DNA of 64,000 nucleotides from an uncultured Nitrososphaerales archaeon (GTDB taxonomy: Archaea > Thermoproteota > Nitrososphaeria > Nitrososphaerales > Nitrososphaeraceae): positions 672,001 through 736,000 of the forward strand of contig CAVQMO010000010.1 of assembly GCA_963713605.1 (NCBI GenBank), written 5' to 3'. The translations under genes and the position numbers were made by a program. Below, piece by piece: positions 1-10,206 of the stretch. How positions within the stretch are numbered: position 1 is the first letter of the stretch; each line of letters starts with the position of its first letter. The notes beneath the pieces were generated by a model. It made no database searches. It was not told the DNA's origin and saw only the letters and a list, made by a program, of their open reading frames with translations.

Positions 1-740
1 TCCAATATGTCATAGCCAGCAATCGCTTGCAATAGCGCCGCCGTATCCCATGCAGTTCGTGCAATTGGCCCAACATGGTCGATCGATGGGGCCAACGGCA
101 TCACTCCATATTTGCTGACTCTCCCGTATGTGGGTTTTAAACCGAAAAGCCCACATAATGAGGAAGGAACTCGGATAGAACCACTGGTATCAGTTCCTAG
201 AGAGCCTACCGCCATCCCTGCGCTTACAGCAACTGCTGAACCACCACTGGAACCCCCTGACATTCTACTAGGATCCCATGGGTTCCTTGATGAGCCATAA
301 TGGGGATTTATGTTGGTAATTCCGCAAGCGAATTCATGAGTATTGTTCGTGCCCACTATAATTGCCCCAGCTTCCTTGAGTCTTTTCACTACAGTAGCAT
401 CATAGTCAGGCACAAAGTCTGAAAGTATCCTTGAGCCACTGGTACTTCTTACGCCCCTAACGTAAATTAGATCCTTCAAACTCACAGGGATTCCGTGCAA
501 TGGACCCAAGTATTTACCATCACGTATATCCACCTCCGCCTTTTTCGCTTCCTTTCTGGCAGAATCTCCTGTCACAGTTATGTATGCATGAACCTCTTCG
601 TTTAGGTCATTGATCCTCTCAAGTGTTTCTTCAACCAGATCGACCGGTGACAAAGACTTGGAAGAAATGAGCTTGGAGAGCTCATGAATACTGGATCCTA
701 CAGTTTTTGTACTTGTAAATTCCCGCACTAATCTATTCAT
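1..740 (-). CDS. Amidase-signature family enzyme (GatA/AtzE-like), truncated by window edge
   Basis: Manual minus-strand translation from ATG at 740: MNRLVREF...LHGIPVSLKDLI...NPWDPSRMSGGSSGGSAVAV...LGTDTSGSIRVPSSLCGLFGLKPTYGRVS. Lys-cisSer-Ser signature is present. Not in the ORF track because it runs off the edge. Confidence 0.92.
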   Translation of the reverse strand, partial: MNRLVREFTSTKTVGSSIHELSKLISSKSLSPVDLVEETLERINDLNEEVHAYITVTGDSARKEAKKAEVDIRDGKYLGPLHGIPVSLKDLIYVRGVRSTSGSRILSDFVPDYDATVVKRLKEAGAIIVGTNNTHEFACGITNINPHYGSSRNPWDPSRMSGGSSGGSAVAVSAGMAVGSLGTDTSGSIRVPSSLCGLFGLKPTYGRVSKYGVMPLAPSIDHVGPIARTAWDTAALLQAIAGYDIL

Positions 741-1131
741 TCTCCTGGTTGTCACTGGTGGCAGGAGTAACAGATTTTTCCATCATGATGTTGCAGCCTT
801 TTGACTCTCTTCCATGCCTCACTGTAACTTCGTGCAATGTTAGTTACTAATGTGTCGACTTAATATCCTTATTATATCATTTTGAAAAATCGTTACATAT
901 ATCAATAGAAGCAGCATTGTGGATATATGCAAACCATGAACATTGCTAACCAATTTTCATATTATTTACAACATCTAGGTACGCAACAATAAGGATGTGG
1001 ACAGATATTGTGGTTCGCTGTTAATTAGCAAGCTTACATTTAGCAAATCACCCGAGGTTACGCCTCACTTACTGGTGAAAGTTTAATATATATTTAAAAA
1101 TAAAATCTTATGTTATCAACCCTGTCGCTGT

Positions 1132-1686
1132 ATGAAATCAATATTGAAGCCCAGAAAAAGACGTTCAAAGGGCAATCAAGATAGTTTTTCAGGCCAGTCC
1201 TTGGTTTCGATCGTTGCACCATCAATTGAATTGTTCAACATAATTCATGAGGCGTGCTCGGTTTTAGAAAACTTTGGTATCCCATACGAGACTACCATTG
1301 TTGCCGCTCACAGATCACCTATCAGGGCAATCAAATATGCAAGTAATCTTGAAGTTAGGGGGATAGAAGTTGTCCTCGCTTGCGGAACCGGATCAGCACA
1401 TCTCCCTGGAATGATAGCTTCGTTTACCAACCTTCCTGTAATTGGAATACCTTTGGCACATGCTTCATCCCTATTGGGCGGTACGGATTCTTTGCTTTCT
1501 ATGATTCAGATGCCTCAAGGGGTGCCAGTTGCCACAGTAGGTTTAGGTTCCGCGTACAATGCTGCTCTTCTAGCCTGTCAGATTCTGAGTCTTAAATATC
1601 ATTTTTTAAGGGAAAGGCTTCAATTGCACAAGCAAAAGATGGAGGAGAAGGTAGAATCTGATCAAAGCTACTTAAAAGTTAGTTAA
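1132..1686 (+). CDS. purE: PurE (N5-CAIR mutase/AIR carboxylase) family paralogue with divergent N-terminal loop
   Basis: AAHRSP, AHLPGMIAS, PVIGIP and GGTDSLLSMIQMPQGVPVATV are present. The canonical MGSxSD loop is replaced by APSIEL. Confidence 0.85.
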   Translation: MKSILKPRKRRSKGNQDSFSGQSLVSIVAPSIELFNIIHEACSVLENFGIPYETTIVAAHRSPIRAIKYASNLEVRGIEVVLACGTGSAHLPGMIASFTNLPVIGIPLAHASSLLGGTDSLLSMIQMPQGVPVATVGLGSAYNAALLACQILSLKYHFLRERLQLHKQKMEEKVESDQSYLKVS

Positions 1687-1712
1687 CCATTTAAGATTGG
1701 AAGGCAATCGCT

Positions 1713-2676
1713 ATGAGAATCGCTAGAGTAGCAAAAGAAAATTTAGAGTCCAAGGAATCAGCAATGGCCGAAGAGATGGATGATAATAGAGCTGAGTCCT
1801 AGAGTAACGGCTATGTTACCTGACCCCCATTCTGTTACTTACGCGATTGTCAACAGAAATGGAGATGCAATCATAGCAGACGAAATTGAGTCTCAAACTA
1901 ATATTCAAATTCCTCCTACTTTAGAAGAATTCATCTTTGAAGGATATTCAGATCGAGTAGGAAAGGTTCTTGACGGTTTGAACCTTACTCACAATATCTT
2001 CAGTTTTCGTTTGCTCCCGCCAATAACTAGATCATTTAAAGTAATTTGTTTGGCATTTAATTACCAAGACCAAGACACTTGGTTACGTTTCGGAAAGTTT
2101 CCTCCAAAGGACCCTGTGATATATATGAAGGCCCGAACCAGTTTGACTGGGGCATTCGAAGATATAATCTGTCCCTCGTTTGTAAAGCAGCTTGATTATG
2201 AAGGAGAGTTAGCTTTAGTGATTGATAAGAAGTGCAGAGACGTAGAAATGAATAAGGCATTAGAATATGTAGGCGGATATTTCGTATTAAATGACATTTC
2301 AGCTAGAGATGTACAATTCATTGATAAACAATATAGTCGAGCCAAAAGCTTTGATTCATTTGGCCCATGTGGGCCATGGATAGTCACTCGCGATGAGATT
2401 CCTGATCCAAATGATTTACAATTGACCACAAAAGTGAACGAAGAAGTTAGACAGTATTCTTCTACTTCTAAGCTCGTTCTAAAAATTGAGAAAATAGTAA
2501 ATAGTCTAAGTAGTGTAATGACGCTGGAAGCAGGAGATATAATATCAACAGGAACTCCTAGCGGAACGGCTTTATCGAAGTCGTCACACCTTAAATATTT
2601 ACAACATGGAGACATTGTAGAAGTTGAGGTTGAGGGTATAGGCAAAATAAGAAATAAGGTGAAATTTGTTAACTAA
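1713..2676 (+). CDS. Fumarylacetoacetate hydrolase (FAH) family protein; probable frameshift near the 5' end
   Basis: ORF 1780-2676 has DYEGELALVI, NDISARD, RAKSFDSFGPCGP and GDIISTGTPSG. A typical MRIARV N-terminus starts at 1713 in another frame. Confidence 0.9.
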
Positions 2677-2784
2677 ATAACCTGTTGGGTTTGTGTGGGG
2701 TAACCCGAGATGAAAAATAAATCTTGGCCATTACCCTGAACTCAAGAACGGATCACCCTTTAGTAGCAGTAACAGCAGCCGATT

Positions 2785-3720
2785 CTATCTTTCTCCTCTC
2801 TTGTAGGGAGTTGCCAATGCAGCGGGAGCTACACTCTTCTTGTACATAACTGCCAGGATGGCGATTGGGAGTAAGTAAGGTAGCATGAGCAAAAACTGAA
2901 ATGGAATAGTCGTTCCTATTGACTGCAGCCCCAATGCAATAGCATTGACCATTCCGTAAACGAAAGCACCTAATACTATCCAAAAAGGTCTCCATCTGCC
3001 GAAGATTACAGCTGCAAGGGCAATCCATCCTTGTCCAGCGGCAATGCCTTCAGAAAAGGACCCAGTAGTTACCAAGGCGATATAGGCGCCTCCCAAACCT
3101 GCAAACGCCCCCCCGATGATTACCGACATGTAGCGAATCCTGTTTACGTTTACACCCAGCGTATCGGCCTGCTTTGGGTTCTCTCCCACCGTTCTTATCT
3201 TTAGACCAATGTTTGTCTTGAAGAGAAAAATATGAGTCAAAGGAATTAGCAAAAATGCAAGATAGATCATTGCGTCATGATGAAAAATGATAGGTCCCAA
3301 AACTGGAATCGAAGTCAAAAATGGGATGTCCACAAGAGGAATAGTAGGTACTGTGGGTGCCACCGTGACTACGCCAAAAGTCAATCGGTATAGCAGTGCA
3401 GCTAGGCCGACCCCTAAAAGCCAGATGGCTAAACCAGCAACCAACTGGTTTGTGCGTAAGCTTACACTTAGAAAAGCCATAAGAGCTGCCATGACCATCG
3501 GCCCAGAAACAGCAAATAATATTCCAATGATTATATTCCCTGTGACGAACGTTCCAATAAAGCCGGCAAATGCTCCGATTAACATCATTCCTTCAACCCC
3601 TAGATTGAGAACACCTGAACGTTCAGCTATATTTTCACCTAGCGCAGCAAAGAGCGAGGGTGTACTCATACGAATACCTGACGCAACTATTCCGATAATA
3701 AAATCAATCATTTCTACCAA
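2785..3720 (-). CDS. Nucleoside/purine ABC transporter permease (NupC/RnsD-like)
   Basis: AALGENIAERSGVLNLGVEGMML, VGENPKQADTLGVNV, GQGWIALAAVIFGRW; multiple TM helices. Confidence 0.92.
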   Translation of the reverse strand: MVEMIDFIIGIVASGIRMSTPSLFAALGENIAERSGVLNLGVEGMMLIGAFAGFIGTFVTGNIIIGILFAVSGPMVMAALMAFLSVSLRTNQLVAGLAIWLLGVGLAALLYRLTFGVVTVAPTVPTIPLVDIPFLTSIPVLGPIIFHHDAMIYLAFLLIPLTHIFLFKTNIGLKIRTVGENPKQADTLGVNVNRIRYMSVIIGGAFAGLGGAYIALVTTGSFSEGIAAGQGWIALAAVIFGRWRPFWIVLGAFVYGMVNAIALGLQSIGTTIPFQFLLMLPYLLPIAILAVMYKKSVAPAALATPYKRGER

Positions 3721-3729
3721 TTTGTCAAT

Positions 3730-4848
3730 TCACTCCATATTCCCCCTCTCCGCAGGCGCACCAATCTGCTTCCCATGGTTCTCTAATTTGTCTTCAACGA
3801 CTCTCTTGATTCTTTTTGGAAGGTGAATTCGGGTAAATACTTCTCCGATTAGAACGAAAACCAAAACGAGTGCCTGCAATGTTTGAGCAAAAGCAACTGG
3901 TATGCCTAGCGTTCTATACATAGATTCAGATCCTGCGAGCAAGACCGCAAAGAAGAAAGCGACAAGACAAACTCCCAAGGCATTTTCTCTCCCCAAAAGT
4001 GCAATGATCACAGCGATAAATCCATAACCAGGAGAGATACCCTCGATGAGTCGATGTTGGACGCCGGCTAGAAGCACTGCTCCAGTTAGTCCCGCCAGCC
4101 CTCCACTTATAGCCATGGTTATCAGGATACTTTTCGTTATGTTCATACCTGCATAACGTGCGGCTGAAATGTTCATGCCCACACTTTTCAATTCAAATCC
4201 AATCTTACTTTTCCATAGAAAATGGACAAAAATGGCGGCCAGAGCCGCTATGATTAGTCCTGCATGCAATCTAGTATGCTCTACCAAAATAGGCAGTTCA
4301 GACTCCGGAAAGATATCGGGACTGTAGGGCAAAAACCCTGGCGCTTTGATCGGCCCATGTAGAAGGTAAGAAATAAAGAGAAGTGCTACGAAATTGAGAA
4401 GAACGGTTACAATTATTTCACTTACACCCAATTTGACTTTGAGTACTGCTGGCACAAGACTGAACATTGCTCCAAATGCAATGCCCGCAATGAGGACGAT
4501 AATAACCGACACTACAGGAATCATACCCACCACAGCAATCCCAACCAGCAACCCTCCCAGAGCTCCCATGTAGAGTTGACCTTCAGCGCCGATATTCCAT
4601 AATTTGCACTTAAATGCGACAGCTACCGCAAGACCTGTAATGAGCAGCGATATAGTCTTTACAAGTGTATCTGCAATTGCACGCGTAGATCCAAGTGATC
4701 CCTTAATCAGTAAAGCATAGGCTTCCAGGGGATCCACACCTGCCGCATAAAGTATGATTCCTCCGACCAAAAAAGCCAGCCCCCCTGACAGGAACGGGAC
4801 GATGTGTTTAAAACTGAGTCTCTTTCCGAGTATGAGAGTTGTGGTCAA
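3730..4848 (-). CDS. Nucleoside/purine ABC transporter permease (NupB/RnsC-like)
   Basis: LWNIGAEGQLYMG, GFELKSVGMNISAARYAGM, GYGFIAVIIALLG. Confidence 0.92.
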   Translation of the reverse strand: MTTTLILGKRLSFKHIVPFLSGGLAFLVGGIILYAAGVDPLEAYALLIKGSLGSTRAIADTLVKTISLLITGLAVAVAFKCKLWNIGAEGQLYMGALGGLLVGIAVVGMIPVVSVIIVLIAGIAFGAMFSLVPAVLKVKLGVSEIIVTVLLNFVALLFISYLLHGPIKAPGFLPYSPDIFPESELPILVEHTRLHAGLIIAALAAIFVHFLWKSKIGFELKSVGMNISAARYAGMNITKSILITMAISGGLAGLTGAVLLAGVQHRLIEGISPGYGFIAVIIALLGRENALGVCLVAFFFAVLLAGSESMYRTLGIPVAFAQTLQALVLVFVLIGEVFTRIHLPKRIKRVVEDKLENHGKQIGAPAERGNME

Positions 4849-4896
4849 TTTTGCAGATCACAATCTCCTATATTTCCATAATCTTTAGGCATCATT

Positions 4897-6582
4897 TCAA
4901 GTACCAGCCTCCACTACATAGCCCCCCATTAACGGGCCTATTATATCGACGTCTGCTGTTGTCCTGTCAAATACCCCCATTATCCTACCGGCATATATCA
5001 CTGCTATCCTATCGCTGAGTAGTAGAATTTCATCTAAATCTAAGGACAACAGTAAAATTCCTACTCCAGAATCTCTTTGTTTAAAAAGTTGTTTGTGAAC
5101 ATATTCGGCAGCACCCACATCCAATCCTCGTGTAGGGTTATGAGCAATAAGCAGTTTATGTTCCTTTGACAATTCTCTTCCAAGTACGATTTTTTGTAAG
5201 TTACCACCCGATAAATAGCGCACTTGAATATCTAGACTTGGAGTTCTCACATCAAATTTTGTGACGATCTCTTCTGCAAATCTTTTCATTTCGTGTTTAT
5301 TTAAGAATATCTTGCCAGAGTACGGTCTGCTATACCACCGGTCCAAAATTAGGTTTTCAGCGATACTGTACTCTAGAATAAGACCAGTGTTGAGCCGATC
5401 TTCAGGTATGTAAGCGAGACCCCATTCTCTGATCTGCCTCGGTGACATTCCTTTTATGTCGCGTCCGTCAATGACTACCTGTCCACTCTGAATCTTCCTC
5501 AATCCCGAAATAATCTCTGCCAATTCGCTCTGACCATTGCCATCGACGCCTGCAATTCCCAATATCTCACCTTTTGGTACTGTTAATGACAGGTCCTTAA
5601 GCGCTTGAACCCCAGAGTTGTTCAAAGCAAACACATTTTTAAGTTCCAGCACCGTGGCAGGTTCAGCTGCGGGTTTTGCTTTAGACGATTTCTGAATTCC
5701 CACATGGATCTCTTCATGCCGCTGGCCTACACTTTGAGTGAGTGACCTTCCTATCATCAATTTTGCAAGTTCTGTCTCGGTTGTCTGTTCAGTAAATACC
5801 GTACCAACAACTTTTCCACCTCTAAGAACCGTTACACGTGTGCTTGCTTCCATGACTTCATTTAGCTTGTGCGTGATGAATATTATCGAAAGTCCGGCCT
5901 TTACCATAGCAGATAACGTCGAAAACAATGCCTTTTCTTCAACGGGGGTAAGCATCGAAGTAGGCTCATCGAGGATTAGAATATCAATATCCCTGTAGAG
6001 TGCTTTTATTATTTCTACCCGTTGTTGCTCGCCTACAGACAGGTCACCCACGATAGCTTTTGGGTCAATCTTAAGACCGTATTTCCTAGATAATTCCAAG
6101 ATCTTTCTTTCTGCTTCCGCCGTATTCAAGAAAATAGATCTTCCAGGTGACTTTAGCCCGACAATAATGTTCTCTGTAACTGTATGACTAGGTGTCAATA
6201 AGAAATGCTGATGAACCATAGCTATCCCAAGGCCTATGGCATGAAGAGGAGATTTTATGTCAACCTTTTTTCCCTTCACAAAAATTTCTCCCGCTTCTGG
6301 TTTGTAGAGTCCATACAGTACACTCATCAAAGTTGTCTTTCCAGCACCGTTTTCTCCAAGAAGACCATGAATTTCGCCTCTAAAAAGATCGAAGTCCACA
6401 TCGTTATTTGCTATAACCTCATTAAATCTGCACGTTATGCCGTTCATAGAAAGTATTGGTTGGTCATCTTGCGTTCTGGCCGGCGCTGATTGTGAGGGTT
6501 TCGGATTCGGAAGGGGGGAAGGAGCGAAAGCAGAGTGGTCAACATTTGAGTTTGTAAGAGGAGGAGAACCGGCATCAGACAT
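4897..6582 (-). CDS. ABC transporter ATP-binding protein with duplicated ATPase domains (NupA/RnsA-like)
   Basis: Walker A GENGAGKTT, LSVGEQQRVEI, ILDEPT; second domain GVDGNGQSEL, LSGGNLQK, PTRGLDVGA. Confidence 0.95.
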   Translation of the reverse strand: MSDAGSPPLTNSNVDHSAFAPSPLPNPKPSQSAPARTQDDQPILSMNGITCRFNEVIANNDVDFDLFRGEIHGLLGENGAGKTTLMSVLYGLYKPEAGEIFVKGKKVDIKSPLHAIGLGIAMVHQHFLLTPSHTVTENIIVGLKSPGRSIFLNTAEAERKILELSRKYGLKIDPKAIVGDLSVGEQQRVEIIKALYRDIDILILDEPTSMLTPVEEKALFSTLSAMVKAGLSIIFITHKLNEVMEASTRVTVLRGGKVVGTVFTEQTTETELAKLMIGRSLTQSVGQRHEEIHVGIQKSSKAKPAAEPATVLELKNVFALNNSGVQALKDLSLTVPKGEILGIAGVDGNGQSELAEIISGLRKIQSGQVVIDGRDIKGMSPRQIREWGLAYIPEDRLNTGLILEYSIAENLILDRWYSRPYSGKIFLNKHEMKRFAEEIVTKFDVRTPSLDIQVRYLSGGNLQKIVLGRELSKEHKLLIAHNPTRGLDVGAAEYVHKQLFKQRDSGVGILLLSLDLDEILLLSDRIAVIYAGRIMGVFDRTTADVDIIGPLMGGYVVEAGT

Positions 6583-6762
6583 ATTTAGCTAAATACCCCC
6601 TATTGCACTTGTATTGGAGGGTACAATGAAACAAAAAATAATCTTCCCAGTATTGACATCTTTCCTACTTTTTATCTCATGGCTGGAGAATTGACAATGA
6701 AGATAATCTACAAGGTTGTCATTTCCAATAATTCTAATTTGATCCTTTTTATGGAACAAAAA

Positions 6763-7822
6763 TTAGGACGACGCTTCTGTCCGCTCCGGAACTACGATCT
6801 TGCCACTTATTATATCTTGGACTATTTGGTTAAGCTTCTGTTTCACATCAGCGGGAACCTTGCTATCGAGATTATGGAATGGTGCAATGAATACGATACC
6901 ATCTCCGGAGGCGCCTTTTGCAGTCTCTAATCCCGGCTTATAAAGCTGACCACTAAAGTTACCATTCTGGACCATTTTTATTGCTCCGTCGAAGGCCTTT
7001 TCCATATCAAGTAACGAAAGAGGTCAGCACTGTATCCGGCGCAAGATTATGTTGATCTGCAACTACTCCTAGAGCATAAATGCCCTTTTCTTTTGCTGCT
7101 TGAATCACTCCCTGTCCTGACAGGTCGGCAACGTGAAACAGGAAATCAGCACCATTATTTATTAACGAGACTCCGGCTTCCTTTCCTCGAGCAGGATCAG
7201 TGAAAGTATCGATATATTGTCCTATTACCTTGATGTCAGGATTGATGGACCTAGCTCCCTGTTTATATCCCTCAAATATATTTATTATGTTAGGATATGC
7301 CTGACCACCTACAAAGCCAATTGTGCCTGTCTTTGACATCATTGCCGCCAATGCTCCAAGGACATATGATCCCTCTTGCTGCATTGGAAAGACAGATGCT
7401 ACATTACTACCGTTGGTTAGGCCTGTAAAGACTACAAACTTTGTATCAGGATAGTCGGCACCAACTCTCAGAGCTGGATCACCCCACTCAAACCCATGAG
7501 CGATAATAAGATTATTTCCTTGATCTGCAAAATCTCTCAAGGTTGGCTCTATATCAGGAATCGCAACATTCTCGACAGTGGTCAACTCCAAACCGTATTT
7601 TTCCTTTAAGGCCTGCGAAGCGTTATATGCTGTGGCACCCCATCCGCCATCGCTGAATAATGCATCAGTTAAAAGTGCCACCTTCAATGGTGTTCCTTCC
7701 TCTTGTGCCCAGACTCGTTCCAACGTCGGGTATGAAAAAGTAGACCCAGTGATCAAGACTACAGCAACCATAATTCCGGCTATAGCGCCCGTTAGTTTCC
7801 TTACATTAGATCTTTTGGACAT
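6763..7822 (-). CDS. BMP (PnrA/TmpC-like) purine/nucleoside-binding protein; split by a frameshift near 7006
   Basis: ORFs 7007-7822 and 6763-7005 abut. N-terminal signal/TM anchor, DGGWGATAY, IIAHGFEW, GTIGFVGG, GVIQAAKEKG. Confidence 0.9.
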
Positions 7823-7881
7823 ACTCCAACATTCATAGCGATTGCAGATCGTAATATAGTTTGTCTGATTTAAGCTAAAGA

Positions 7882-7899
7882 TTTATGATATATCATAAA
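7882..7899. promoter_or_regulatory. Perfect 18-bp palindrome TTTATGATA|TATCATAAA, putative operator before the ABC operon
   Basis: Seen in sequence about 60 bp upstream of the BMP start. Shares the format TTATGA-N4-TCATAA with the site at 8088-8103. Confidence 0.6.
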
Positions 7900-8087
7900 A
7901 AAGAAGGTTTACATTGAACTAGTGCCAGATCGAATGTCCGTGTTTTTTATGCTTTGGCACACAGTTTAGATATGTAAAATCTAATCTTTCTAAATACCTA
8001 TCTGACGAAGGCAAACTGAACCTCGCCTTCTAGGAAACCACCTTTCAATTATTACAATCTCGATCGCTGTAAATGAAAATCTACCGC

Positions 8088-8103
8088 TTATGATTATTCA
8101 TAA
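8088..8103. promoter_or_regulatory. Second TTATGA-N4-TCATAA palindrome, putative operator before fdrA
   Basis: TTATGA-TTAT-TCATAA about 105 bp upstream of the fdrA start. Confidence 0.55.
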
Positions 8104-8208
8104 CATCTACAATATTATATAATCAAATGATGACTGTATTTATGCGCATTTTTAGCTGAAAGCGCAACTATGCTTAAATACTATAGCTTTGAACGCTGAA
8201 CTACGAAA

Positions 8209-9933
8209 GTGAGCAAGTCCATACCTTCGGTGGATACTCATCAAAATGTTCTAGTTAAGCACAACTATTATAGAGATTCACTTGAACTTCTTAGATTGTC
8301 CGATGAGATTAAGCGATATCCTGGAATAATCGAAGCCTCTCTAGTAATGGGTACTAAAACTAACAAAGAAATCTTGATTAAATTAGGCTTCCCCACCCAA
8401 CATATTGCGAAGGCAGAAAGCTCAGATATGATAATTGCTTTGAGAGCTAAGGATGCCGCCTTGTTACTTGCAACAATCCCAAAAATCGAAGCCATTCTAC
8501 GTGGGACTGGCGGGGAGCAAATCCTAGAAATGGACCATTCCTCGACTAATGAGAGCCGTGATCTTGAGTCGGTGCTTAGATCTGTTAAGGACATTAATAT
8601 TGCATTAATTTCTGTTCCTGGCGAACATGTTAGAAGCTTGGCATTCAAATTGATCGATGAAGGAATTCACCAACAGATTTTCAGCGATCATGTGAGCATA
8701 GATGATGAGCTTGAGATAAAAAGACATGCACTGAAGAATCGTGTATTGATCTTGGGACCAGGTGCTGGGACGTCAATTATCAGCGGAAAAGGAATTGGGT
8801 TTTCAAATGCTGTTGCCACGGGCCCTGTCGGGATTGTAGCAGCAGCGGGTACAGGATTACAAGAGGTTTCCACATTACTAGATCGTTGTGGAATAGGTGT
8901 TAGGCATGGGTTGGGAGTTGGAGGAAACGATCCTAAAGAAAAGATCGGTGGTTTGATGATGTCAGAAGCGTTAAAGATGCTGGATGAATGTGAAGATATT
9001 GATGTGATAAATATTGTGTCAAAGCCTCCGGCAACAAGTGTCCAGCAGAGAATACTTAATCATGCAATTAAGCATGGAAAGAAAAAGTACGTGATGACCT
9101 TTATCGGGCAGCAGCGCATCTATCGAAAATACTAAAGTGAAAAAAATGAGCAGCAGCACCAAGAGGCGTACCAGACAATCAAACAAAATCATTATCGCCA
9201 ACACTCTTACCTCATCGGTCTTTGCAACAGCAAAACTTATCGCTAGCGTGAACAAGTCTGAATCGTCAATGGATCCTATTCATGTCAAGATTGAGGATCT
9301 CAAACGAATTGTAATGGCAGAACGGAAGCGCCTTAGCAATGAACAAAAGTACCTAAGGGCATTGTACACCGGTGGCACTTTTGCATATGAAACACAGGTT
9401 ATTCTTAATGGCCTCGCTATAAGGCCACTCTATTCTAACGCTCCCCTATCCAAGACGCAACTTCTACAAGACGCAATGAAAAGTTTCAAGAATTCAGTTA
9501 TCGATCTTGGTGAGGAAGAGTTTACTAAAGGCAGGGCACATCCAATGATAGACCCCACAATAAGAAAACTCAGAATAAGTGAAGAAGCATCGTATGACGA
9601 CGTTGCGGTAATAGTCCTCGATTTTGTACTTGGTTATGGATCAAATCCTGATCCAGTTGGCTCGGCTATTGATGAAATTAGAAATGCAAAGCTGCCTGGC
9701 CGCGAAAGCCAAGAGACACCTTAGCGTTGTAGCTCATGTCTGTGGGACGCGAAGAGACCCTCAAGGTTATGACCGATCTCTGACAAGATTGAAGGATGCA
9801 GGTGTTCTGGTTCTTCCTACCAATTCCTTCGTTGCAATAGCTGGCTGCAGGTATAGTGGCCAAAGGGCCTATCGACTTCCGAGAGGCATATTCACGGTTT
9901 ATTGGAGAAACCCATCAAGGTGAATTGACATAA
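8209..9933 (+). CDS. fdrA: FdrA/YahF family acyl-CoA synthetase-like protein (AllF homologue); several frameshifts
   Basis: YYRDSLELL, ALISVPGEHV, IFSDHVS, LGPGAGTSII, GIVAAAGTGLQEV, GVGGND, ALYTGGTFAYE, DLGEEEFTKGRAHPMIDP, LDFVLGYGS and HVCGTRRDPQG are spread over ORFs 8209-9135, 9137-9724 and 9624-9923. Confidence 0.9.
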
Positions 9934-10106
9934 TGTCCAACACACAAAAGAAATTATTAGATTCAGATTTAACAGTAATTAATATAGGTGTGAATATCTT
10001 TTATGATGCACTAAAGGTTCAAAATGTTAAAGTCATTCAAGTAGATTGGAAACCAGGTCCTGTGCTTGATAAGCTTAGTGAAGAGATTCTATCAAAAATC
10101 ATGTAA
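9933..10106 (+). CDS. Small FdrA-associated protein (57 aa), corresponding to the C-terminal module of bacterial FdrA
   Basis: Manual translation MSNTQKKLLDSDLTVINIGVNIFYDALKVQNVKVIQVDWKPGPVLDKLSEEILSKIM has the VINIG..F...L..Q...V.QVDW.P motif. Below the ORF-track size cutoff. Confidence 0.8.
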   Translation: MSNTQKKLLDSDLTVINIGVNIFYDALKVQNVKVIQVDWKPGPVLDKLSEEILSKIM

Positions 10107-10206
10107 TCTTATTCGAAGGCAAGAATGAATGACAAAACGTTAAGTGCTATACAATTTGATGTAAAGGAAGAGACTGACATGGCAATCAAATACATCGAGT
10201 GGAGAT

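Noticed and set aside
1..740. Amidase as the housekeeping GatA
   Set aside because: No gatB/gatC is adjacent, it has THEFACG rather than the GatA-typical MDEFAMG, and it sits in a catabolic cluster.
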